DNA from: an uncultured Prevotellaceae bacterium
GTDB lineage: Bacteria; Bacteroidota; Bacteroidia; Bacteroidales; Bacteroidaceae
DNA: 34,891 bases
Direction: 5' to 3'
Assembly (NCBI GenBank): GCA_946415695.1
Contig: CAMKTM010000001.1
Coordinates: 1 to 34,891, forward strand
Of the stretch, positions 1-7,205 are shown in pieces. Within the stretch, counting starts at the first letter, position 1, and each line of letters opens with the position of its first letter. The notes under the pieces are model-generated. The model ran no database searches. It was not told where the DNA came from and saw only the letters and a program-made list of their open reading frames with translations. Made by a program: the position numbers and the translations under genes.

Positions 1-1
1 C

Positions 2-970
2 GGACGCACATGGTGCAACACCATCTGCCCCGTCGGCACTCTGCTCGGCCTCATCAGCAGGCACGCCTATCTCAAGATGACAATCGATGCCGACAAGTGC
101 AAGAACTGCCACGAGTGCGAACGCAACTGCAAAGCCGCTTGCATCGACCTCGACACGCACACCGTGGACTATTCCCGCTGCGTGGTCTGCGGCAACTGCC
201 TCGAAGATTGCAAGTTCGACGCGATGAAGCTGTCCTCTTGCCCCCTGCCCCCCGCCTCCTCCCCCTCAAAAATGTCTGACGAAGGAAGACGGGCAGCTTT
301 GACCAGTGTTGCCCTCCTCGCCGGAATAGCCGTTGCAAAGGCACAAGCCAAAGTCGAACCAAAGACGACCGACGGCGGACTGGCCGACATCGTCAAAAAG
401 GAAAAGCCGAAGCGCGAGAAACTCATCACGCCTCCGGGCTCGCTCTCCATCCGCAACCTCCGCACGCACTGCACAGCCTGCCAGCTCTGCATCGACGCAT
501 GTCCCAACGACGTGCTGCGCCCCAGCACCAGCCTCGACCGCTTCATGCAGCCCGAGGTCAGCTTCGAGCGCGGCTATTGCCGCCCCGAGTGCACGCGCTG
601 CTCCGAAGTCTGCCCGACGTCCGCCATACAGCCTGTCACCGTGGAACAGAGAACAGCCATCCAAGTCGGCCATGCCGTCTGGACGCGCGACCTCTGCATC
701 CCCGTCAAGGACGGAAAACCCTGCGGACTCTGCTCACGCAAGTGTCCGGCTCAAGCCATACAGATGGTGCCCCTGCAAGCAGGCGTACACCAGGACGGCT
801 GGCGCTGGCGCGATGCCGACGGACAAGAGATCCCGCGCGAGAAGGTGCTGCTCATCCCCGTCGTCAACGAAGAAAAATGCATAGGCTGCGGCGCTTGCGA
901 GAACCTCTGCCCATCAAGCCCCATCAGTGCCATCTACGTGGAAGGACACGAAGTGCATAAGGAGATCTGA
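2..970 (+). CDS. membrane-associated polyferredoxin (multiple 4Fe-4S dicluster domains, NapH/MauN-like); 5' end lies outside the window
   Basis: The frame is open from nt 2 with no stop before the first ATG at 77. The edge residues RTWCNTICPVGTLLG resemble the CxxxCP membrane-domain motif. Six CxxCxxCxxxC(P)-type cysteine clusters are present (CKNCHECERNC, CVVCGNCLEDC, CTACQLCIDACP, CRPECTRCSEVCP, CGLCSRKCP, CIGCGACENLCP), plus a hydrophobic segment AALTSVALLAGIAVA. Confidence 0.8.
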   Translation, partial: GRTWCNTICPVGTLLGLISRHAYLKMTIDADKCKNCHECERNCKAACIDLDTHTVDYSRCVVCGNCLEDCKFDAMKLSSCPLPPASSPSKMSDEGRRAALTSVALLAGIAVAKAQAKVEPKTTDGGLADIVKKEKPKREKLITPPGSLSIRNLRTHCTACQLCIDACPNDVLRPSTSLDRFMQPEVSFERGYCRPECTRCSEVCPTSAIQPVTVEQRTAIQVGHAVWTRDLCIPVKDGKPCGLCSRKCPAQAIQMVPLQAGVHQDGWRWRDADGQEIPREKVLLIPVVNEEKCIGCGACENLCPSSPISAIYVEGHEVHKEI

Positions 971-992
971 CCACCGCTTTAACAGAAATGCC

Positions 993-1032
993 GTTATATC
1001 GAAACGCTGTTATAACGTAATAACGAAATAAA
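993..1032 (+). repeat. 8-nt periodic tract (5 units, consensus GNNATAAC) ending GAAATAAA one nt before the ATG at 1034
   Basis: Units read directly: gttatatc gaaacgct gttataac gtaataac gaaataaa. The same family occurs at 9365-9420, 20293-20332 and 34748-34787. Confidence 0.8.
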
Positions 1033-1033
1033 A

Positions 1034-2455
1034 ATGAAAATGAAAAAAGATATCACAAGGCGAGACTTCCTTAAAGTCTCAGGCACGACTGCCGCAACGG
1101 CAGCACTCGCTTCCTGCGGCGTACAGAGTGGCGGAGCAGACGGAGAGGTGGACTACATGGGACACCACGAAGGTCCTGTTCCCACCGACAAGATGACCTA
1201 CCGCATCAACCCCAAGCAAGGCGACAAAGTGAGCCTCCTGGGCTACGGCTGGATGCGATTGCCGACAGTGAAGAACGGTAGTGCCCGTACACAAGAGAAC
1301 GCCAACAACGACGCCCTCGACCAAGAGCAGATCAACCGCCTCTGCAAGTATGCCCTCGACCACGGCGTCAACTACTTCGACACATCGCCCGCCTACTGCC
1401 GAGGCAAGAGCGAAGAGAGCCTTGGCATTGCCTTGGCAGCCAGCGGCTACCCGCGCGACAAGTACTTCATCGCCACCAAACTCTCCAACTTCTCCCCCTC
1501 GCAGTACAGCTTCGAAGAAGGCAAAGCCATGTTCGAGCGCAGCCTGGAATACCTCAAGACAGACTACATCGACTACCTCCTCCTGCACAGCATCGGCGGA
1601 GGCGGCATGGGGCCCGTCCATCAGCGTTACCTCGACAACGGCCTCCTTCAGTGGCTCATGGAACAGCGCGAGGCAGGACGCATCCGCAACCTCGGCTTCT
1701 CCTTCCACGGCGACGTGGCCGTCTATGACTGGGCACTGGCACATCACGACGAGTACCACTGGGACTTCGTGCAGATACAGGCCAACTATGTGGATTGGGA
1801 GAACGAAAACGACAAAGGACGTTCGGGCAAGTACCTCTACGAAGAACTCGTCAAGCGGAACATCCCCGTCGTCATCATGGAGCCACTGCTCGGCGGACGT
1901 CTCTCAAAAGTGCCCGACCATGTGGTGGCACACTTCAAGCAGCGCAAACCGGAGGACAGCGTAGCCTCCTGGGCTTTCCGCTACATCGGCTCAAAGCCCG
2001 CAGTGCTCACCGTGCTGAGCGGCATGACGTACATGGAGCATCTGGAGGACAACCTTCGCACATACTCTCCCCTCGAACCACTCACCGAGGAGGAGCAGGA
2101 CTGGCTCGAAAATGAGACGGCAACACTCATCAAAAGCTATCCCACCATCGACTGCAACGACTGCAAGTACTGTATGCCTTGCCCCTATGGCCTCGACATC
2201 CCGGGCATCTTTGTACATTATAATAAATGTGTCAACACAGGCAACGTCCCCGAGAGCCAGCAGGCCAAGAACTATCAGCAGGCACGACGCGCCTTCCTCG
2301 TCGGCTACGACAGAAGTGTGCCTAAGCTTCGCCAGGCAAACCATTGCATAGCATGCCGCGAATGCGTCAGCCACTGCCCGCAGCAAATCGACATCCCTCG
2401 CGAGCTGCAACGCGTTGACGCCTTCGTCGAGAAACTCAAGCAAGGCACACTCTGA
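1034..2455 (+). CDS. Tat-signal, lipobox-bearing aldo/keto reductase with a C-terminal 4Fe-4S domain
   Basis: The N-terminus has the twin-arginine motif RRDFLKVSG followed by AALASCG. The core is AKR-like (VNYFDTSPAY, YIDYLLLH). The C-terminus carries CNDCKYCMPCP and CIACRECVSHCP clusters. It lies 63 nt downstream of the polyferredoxin with no terminator between them. Confidence 0.85.
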   Translation: MKMKKDITRRDFLKVSGTTAATAALASCGVQSGGADGEVDYMGHHEGPVPTDKMTYRINPKQGDKVSLLGYGWMRLPTVKNGSARTQENANNDALDQEQINRLCKYALDHGVNYFDTSPAYCRGKSEESLGIALAASGYPRDKYFIATKLSNFSPSQYSFEEGKAMFERSLEYLKTDYIDYLLLHSIGGGGMGPVHQRYLDNGLLQWLMEQREAGRIRNLGFSFHGDVAVYDWALAHHDEYHWDFVQIQANYVDWENENDKGRSGKYLYEELVKRNIPVVIMEPLLGGRLSKVPDHVVAHFKQRKPEDSVASWAFRYIGSKPAVLTVLSGMTYMEHLEDNLRTYSPLEPLTEEEQDWLENETATLIKSYPTIDCNDCKYCMPCPYGLDIPGIFVHYNKCVNTGNVPESQQAKNYQQARRAFLVGYDRSVPKLRQANHCIACRECVSHCPQQIDIPRELQRVDAFVEKLKQGTL

Positions 2456-2477
2456 AGAGCAGTGCAAATAAAACACC

Positions 2478-2515
2478 AAAAAGGGTGTGCCAGTTTGTCT
2501 TGGCACACCCTTTTT
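2478..2515. terminator. bidirectional rho-independent terminator
   Basis: Stem gggtgtgcca (2483-2492) pairs with tggcacaccc (2501-2510) across an 8-nt loop. It is flanked by an A-run (2478-2482) and a T-run (2511-2515) and sits between convergent genes. Confidence 0.85.
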
Positions 2516-2551
2516 GCTCGTAAAGCCAGAGGGTTAATGTCCAATGGCTCG

Positions 2552-2722
2552 TTACCACTCCTCGTCCCAGACGTTGACGTCTTTGTTCTCCTTCGTCAGG
2601 ATTTGGTTGGAGCTTGTGATAGCGTTTGAGCTGCCTTTGTTGATGGTCAGAGACTCTGCCATCATCTGCACTGTGCCGAGCTGAATTGTCAGCGCGACAG
2701 GGGAAAGATATGTCTTTTTCAT
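2552..2722 (-). CDS. hypothetical small protein (56 aa), below the ORF-track size cut-off
   Basis: Hand translation gives MKKTYLSPVALTIQLGTVQMMAESLTINKGSSNAITSSNQILTKENKDVNVWDEEW followed by a stop. It starts with ATG. Third codon positions are mostly C/G, as in neighbouring genes (atc, aac, gac, gtc, ctg). It lies 88 nt downstream of the adhesin stop and directly upstream of the bidirectional terminator. Confidence 0.5.
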   Translation of the reverse strand: MKKTYLSPVALTIQLGTVQMMAESLTINKGSSNAITSSNQILTKENKDVNVWDEEW

Positions 2723-2810
2723 AATGTAATTTTACGATTTAATAATTTTATATTTTATGATTTGGTCTGCGCAGTGCAATCCTTAAATCTTAAAATCTTG
2801 AAATCTTTAA

Positions 2811-5800
2811 TTACTTCAGTACTTTCTTGCCATTCACGATGTTAATGCCTTTCTGCATCTTATTCAAGCGTTGACCGGCAAGATTGAAGATGACCTCTGA
2901 AGATTCTTCATTCTTCATTCTTAATTCTTCATTTATTCCAGTTGGGTCGTCATCGTCGAAGACGAAGGTCAGGAACTCTTTGACTGCGCTGCCGGTCAAG
3001 TCGAGATAGGCCTTGCCTGCGGGAATGGTGACGCCGGCAACTACGGGATAGAAGCCTACGGCATCTTCAATGATTCCCAGAGCAAAGATGTCTCTGTCTG
3101 CGGGAACAGTGTAGTCTGTAGAGCCGATGAGGATGTTGCCGGTTGTGCTGGCTGTGGCCGTGGTGCTTACCTTATTATAATATGTGCCACTGATTATGAC
3201 AGCTGTGCCGGCAGGAATGTCGTCGATTTCCTCGAGATGTAGGGCGCCTCCGCTGGGCGTAAGCATGCCGATGAATGCCTTCGCATCGCCGTTGTACGAG
3301 CTAAGTGCCCAGTCGTTGTCAGCATCATAGAAGGTAGAGTAACCAGCCGCCCCGACATAGAGCACCTTCTCCCTGCTGCTGTCGAGAACAGGGTTTGCAT
3401 CCGCGCCCGCGCCGATAGTCTGGTACCAGGCAGAGCCAAGCTTGTAGGCAACCTCGCCACTGGCAAGCTGCTCGGCATCGGCCTCTGTTGCCTCACAGGT
3501 CGTAGGTGTTACACCGTCAGAAGGTGCACCGTTTACAGCGCTACCTTGATAGTAGCTATTGACAATGGAGCATTTCGCACTTTTGACTGCTCCGTAAAAC
3601 TGTCCGCTCACATTAGAATCAACGGTGCCGATGGACAGGCAGTTCTCGATGGTAACATCAGTAAGGTTGGCTCCTGCATAGCCAATGATGCCACCACACT
3701 CACCATTTGCCCCATTGTTAGAAATCGCTCCCACTTCATCGAACAAGCAATTGGTAATGGTAAGGTGAGCTCTGCTATCATTATTGACATAACCAACTAT
3801 GCCGCCATAGTTGCCTGTTAACTTTCCGGCATTAAGAGTTCCAGAATATATGCAGTTCTCAATCTTGGTTGTTCCATTGTGAACTTGGCCAACAATGCCA
3901 CCGATACGCTGACCTGCCTTCGTATTAACAAAATTCACAGAACTCTTCACGTTACGGATAGTAGTGGTAGCGTCACGCGTGTAGCCTACAACACCACCGA
4001 ATTGTCCCCAATCGTTGTTGGTAACAGTACCGGCAATGCTAAAGTTCTCAATGAGAGCACCAGAAGTGGTTACACCGAAGAGACCGTGATAAGACTGTGT
4101 CGTGGTGTACTCGAGATTAGTGATAGCATGACCTTGGCCATTGAATTTACCAGCATAAGCAGTGCTAAGGCCATTCGACCAGTCACCGATGGGCTTCGGC
4201 CAAGCTTTTCCTGCCATGTCGATGTCGGCAGTAAGCACAGCGTTTGATGCGGGGTTGCCTGCATTGACGTAGGCAGCAAACCACTTGAGCTGGTTGGGTG
4301 TGCCAATCATGTAGTAGCCTTCAGTAGGTGTTATATAGTCCGATTTGGGATAGCCACAATAAGAACAGATTCCTTCATCCCAGTCGTGATCGCCCGTGAC
4401 TACCTCGTCTGCGTTGCCATAAGAGTAAACGCCTTGGGGAAAGTTAGTGTCGCGGCAGAATGTACCATTCTTATAAACCTGCCCATGACCGCTGCTGTAA
4501 GGAAAGGGATTATTGTCCGTTCCGATAGTTTGATACCAGTCTGTACCTCCGCCGGTGCTGCCATTCAGCAGGTAGCAGAGTTCGCCGCTGGTGAGTTGCT
4601 CATTTGAAATAGTGTTAGAGAATGTAGGTTGAGTACCTTTCTTGCTGTAGCAGTTGGTAAAAGTAGAAGCAGAAGTATTGGTGGCACCATTATCGTAAAC
4701 ATATTTGGCATTGCTTGTTGCGCCTGACACTTCTGCTATGGTCCAACAGTTTTCCATAACCATTGTGGCACTGTTAAACCAGGCAATGATGGCTGCAGCA
4801 CCACCTGCTTTTACCGCTCCACCTGTGATAGTACCGGTAGTCCAGCAGTTCTTGATGGTAATGGTTTGGTCTTCTCCCCATGCTGCACCAATTATTCCGC
4901 CGTCGCGCCGATTGGAACCTGTCACGTTGCCACAGTTCCCCAGGCCCTCAAAGCGGCCACCACCGCCGGAATGCCGGCCTACGAGACCAACCTCTTCAGT
5001 TCCCTGAATAGCACAACTGCTATCGAGCCAGAAATTTTTGAGCGTTACGTTGGCACCTGTGTTGAACATGCCGTATGATGTCGGAGCCGAGTTGTTAATC
5101 AGCTGTAGGTTACTGATTTTGTGTCCTTTCCCGTCGAAAGTGCCTTTGTATGGATTTGCCTGTGTTCCGATAGGGAAGTGGCTGACGTCTGCGCCGTTCA
5201 TGTCAATGTCAGCAGTCAGTTCTGCATCCCAATCAGTTCCTCCGTGATTGATATTTACAGCGAAGTTCACCAAATCGTCATCATCACCAATCTGTACGGG
5301 GCCATCAATGTTAATGTAGGTATCTGCCAAGGTTTTATATACCCTTTTGCTTGTGCTGAATGGCACGGGATTGTTGTCAGTGTCAATCGTTTGGAACCAA
5401 TTTGTTCCGTTAGTGTTCAGCAGGTAGCATACTTCGCCGCTGGCAAGCTCTTTGGCTGTGACAGCATGAGGTGCTTCGCAGTTTGCGGTGTTGCCGCCAA
5501 TGGCGCGTGTGATATTAGAACCCTCTTTAAGGCAGTAGTAATTGTTCTTTACGTTTGATGTCGCATCGCCGTTCCATGTTCCGATGATGGAACCTTTGTT
5601 ACTGCTGTCAGAAGAGACGGTAATCTTTCCGATGGACAGGCAGTTCTGTACACCGCCAAAGCTGGGTTGCTTGCAATAGCCCAAGATGCCTGCGTACCTG
5701 GAGGTTTCGCCGTTGATGGTGCCGCTGAAGATGCAATTGCGGATGGTGCTGTAGCCTGTGTAGCCCATGATGCCTGCCTGACAGTCACCAGTGCCGCTGT

Positions 5801-6356
5801 GTGTCAGCGTGCCGCTGAATTCGCAGCCATCTACGACAATCTTGTCGGTCGTGGCACCATTGTCGCCACCGACAATGCCGCCGGTGTGAGCCTTGAAGTT
5901 CGATACATTGATGGTCATCGAGCTGTGAATGCCTGTAACCTTTGTTGTGCCTGTGGCACAACCTACGACACCGTTCTTCGTGAAGCCGTCGGACGTCAGT
6001 GTTCCGCTGATGCTGAAGTTCTTGACGGTAGCGTTGCTGATGTAGCCGAACAAGCCGTTGTAGTCAGACGTAGCCGTGTACTCGAAGTTCGTGATGGCGT
6101 AGCCTTGGCCGTCGAAGGTGCCGGTGTAAGGATGGGCTTCACTGCCGATGGGTGAAGTCCATGCTTCGTTGTTCAGGTTAATGTCAGTCGTGAGTTCAGC
6201 AAAGGCACCATACTCGCCGCCGTTGACTATTGTGGCGAAATCGCGCAGGTCCTGTGCTGTGCCGATTTGATAGACGCCGTCTGTTTGGTCGAGCGCCCAA
6301 GTGTTGCTTGCCAGGCCTAAGGTCAGGGCAAGGGATAGTAGTAGTTTTTGTTTCAT
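2811..6356 (-). CDS. large T9SS-secreted cell-surface protein with three GLUG-motif modules (adhesin or protease-like, 1181 aa)
   Basis: The start is placed at the internal Met of the tracked ORF (cat at 6354-6356), which gives the signal peptide MKQKLLLSLALTLGLASNTWA. Three modules each contain PY(T/K)GTFDG(Q/K)G(Y/H)xI(T/S)N(F/L) (nt 6078-6131, 5103-5153, 4108-4161), repeated GGI(V/I)G motifs and a closing SGE(V/L)xY(L/K)L...W(F/Y)QTI(G/D) motif. The C-terminus VIFNLAGQRLNKMQKGINIVNGKKVLK is typical of a T9SS sorting domain. Confidence 0.85.
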   Translation of the reverse strand: MKQKLLLSLALTLGLASNTWALDQTDGVYQIGTAQDLRDFATIVNGGEYGAFAELTTDINLNNEAWTSPIGSEAHPYTGTFDGQGYAITNFEYTATSDYNGLFGYISNATVKNFSISGTLTSDGFTKNGVVGCATGTTKVTGIHSSMTINVSNFKAHTGGIVGGDNGATTDKIVVDGCEFSGTLTHSGTGDCQAGIMGYTGYSTIRNCIFSGTINGETSRYAGILGYCKQPSFGGVQNCLSIGKITVSSDSSNKGSIIGTWNGDATSNVKNNYYCLKEGSNITRAIGGNTANCEAPHAVTAKELASGEVCYLLNTNGTNWFQTIDTDNNPVPFSTSKRVYKTLADTYINIDGPVQIGDDDDLVNFAVNINHGGTDWDAELTADIDMNGADVSHFPIGTQANPYKGTFDGKGHKISNLQLINNSAPTSYGMFNTGANVTLKNFWLDSSCAIQGTEEVGLVGRHSGGGGRFEGLGNCGNVTGSNRRDGGIIGAAWGEDQTITIKNCWTTGTITGGAVKAGGAAAIIAWFNSATMVMENCWTIAEVSGATSNAKYVYDNGATNTSASTFTNCYSKKGTQPTFSNTISNEQLTSGELCYLLNGSTGGGTDWYQTIGTDNNPFPYSSGHGQVYKNGTFCRDTNFPQGVYSYGNADEVVTGDHDWDEGICSYCGYPKSDYITPTEGYYMIGTPNQLKWFAAYVNAGNPASNAVLTADIDMAGKAWPKPIGDWSNGLSTAYAGKFNGQGHAITNLEYTTTQSYHGLFGVTTSGALIENFSIAGTVTNNDWGQFGGVVGYTRDATTTIRNVKSSVNFVNTKAGQRIGGIVGQVHNGTTKIENCIYSGTLNAGKLTGNYGGIVGYVNNDSRAHLTITNCLFDEVGAISNNGANGECGGIIGYAGANLTDVTIENCLSIGTVDSNVSGQFYGAVKSAKCSIVNSYYQGSAVNGAPSDGVTPTTCEATEADAEQLASGEVAYKLGSAWYQTIGAGADANPVLDSSREKVLYVGAAGYSTFYDADNDWALSSYNGDAKAFIGMLTPSGGALHLEEIDDIPAGTAVIISGTYYNKVSTTATASTTGNILIGSTDYTVPADRDIFALGIIEDAVGFYPVVAGVTIPAGKAYLDLTGSAVKEFLTFVFDDDDPTGINEELRMKNEESSEVIFNLAGQRLNKMQKGINIVNGKKVLK

Positions 6357-6433
6357 GTTAGTTGTTTGTTTTAGTGTGTTTTTTAGTTTTTGCGTTTCAA
6401 TATAGATACTTGCGCATGTACGCTTTATCGACA

Positions 6434-6441
6434 CAAAATTA
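6434..6441 (-). promoter_or_regulatory. candidate Bacteroidota -7 box (TAATTTTG on the minus strand) for the surface-protein gene
   Basis: Plus-strand caaaatta is the reverse complement of TAnnTTTG. It lies 78 nt upstream of the ATG at 6356. Confidence 0.45.
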
Positions 6442-6556
6442 TAAAATTTAATAATGTGGACGTGAGGAGAAGTTATAAATAATGTTAATTCTGTGGGGTT
6501 TTGGGCGAAAAGGTGCGATTTTTGGTGCTTTCCGCCTGAAAATGATGGTTTTTGCA

Positions 6557-6569
6557 GGGGGGGGGGGGG
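6557..6569. repeat. homopolymeric G13 tract
   Basis: Read directly as tttgca + 13 G + aagg. The count is confirmed by the tracked ORF reading MQGGGGK from 6552. Confidence 0.95.
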
Positions 6570-7164
6570 AAGGTTGGGAAATGGAAGTCATGGTGTATTC
6601 TGAACAGTCGGAGTGTTCTGAATAACCTGAAGAATTGGAGTAATCTGAGTGATTGGAGGCGTTCGTGCTTTATGTACGACATGGCTATTTTCTTGGTCGA
6701 GCGGTTCTTTTTGTCAAGTTTTTTCGTGATGAGACGCTTCCTGACGGTGCGTTTTTGCGTTTTTGATGTGTGGAGGCCAAAAACGTGGGAAAAGGACTTA
6801 AAATTAAACTGTGCTGATAGTCAAGCGGTTAGAAGGAATTGTTTGGAGGGGCGATGTTAAGAAAGTGTTAGGACGGCATGGCATGCCGTCATACGGGACA
6901 AAGTTTGGGGGGATTTTGGGCGGGGGGTGACGATGAAAACGACAGGGGGAATTTTCAAACAAGGCGTGCCTCGTTGGCAATAAGAGCGTGCCTTTATGGA
7001 AAACGAGGCTCGGGGAGTGGTGCATGAAGCTGCGCCTGGTTTGGTTTTTCTGTAAAGATTTTTCGCAGAATTTCGCTGGCGGCCAGGTGACTGATGTTTA
7101 TTAAGAAATTCTTTGTGCCGTGAAGAATTTCTGCCGCAGGCTTGGGGGTTTCGCATTTTTTGTG

Positions 7165-7172
7165 TAATTTTG
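7165..7172 (+). promoter_or_regulatory. candidate -7 box TAATTTTG for the GH92 gene
   Basis: Exact TAnnTTTG match 34 nt upstream of the ATG at 7206. Confidence 0.5.
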
Positions 7173-7205
7173 TGCCCACGAACTTTCAACTTAATTATAT
7201 AGACG

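Noticed and set aside
6357-6434. Extended N-termini suggested by the ORF track: adhesin from 6434, VTC protein from 28205, rhaD from 19171, and CcsB-like from the GTG at 19378.
   Set aside because: In each case an internal ATG gives a canonical signal peptide or the family-typical N-terminus. The extension would also overlap the candidate -7 promoter box or its immediate downstream region.
6872-6890. Small hairpin gacggca-tggca-tgccgtc in the long spacer.
   Set aside because: The stem is only 7 bp, there is no U-run, and it is not at the end of any gene. It is indistinguishable from chance.
6357-7205. Possible invertible (phase-variable) promoter flanked by inverted repeats upstream of the surface-protein gene.
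   Set aside because: The only pairing I found is 7 nt long (gttcgtg at 6661-6667 with cacgaac near 7186-7192). There is no ARACGTWCGT-like site and no recombinase gene in the window. The support is insufficient.
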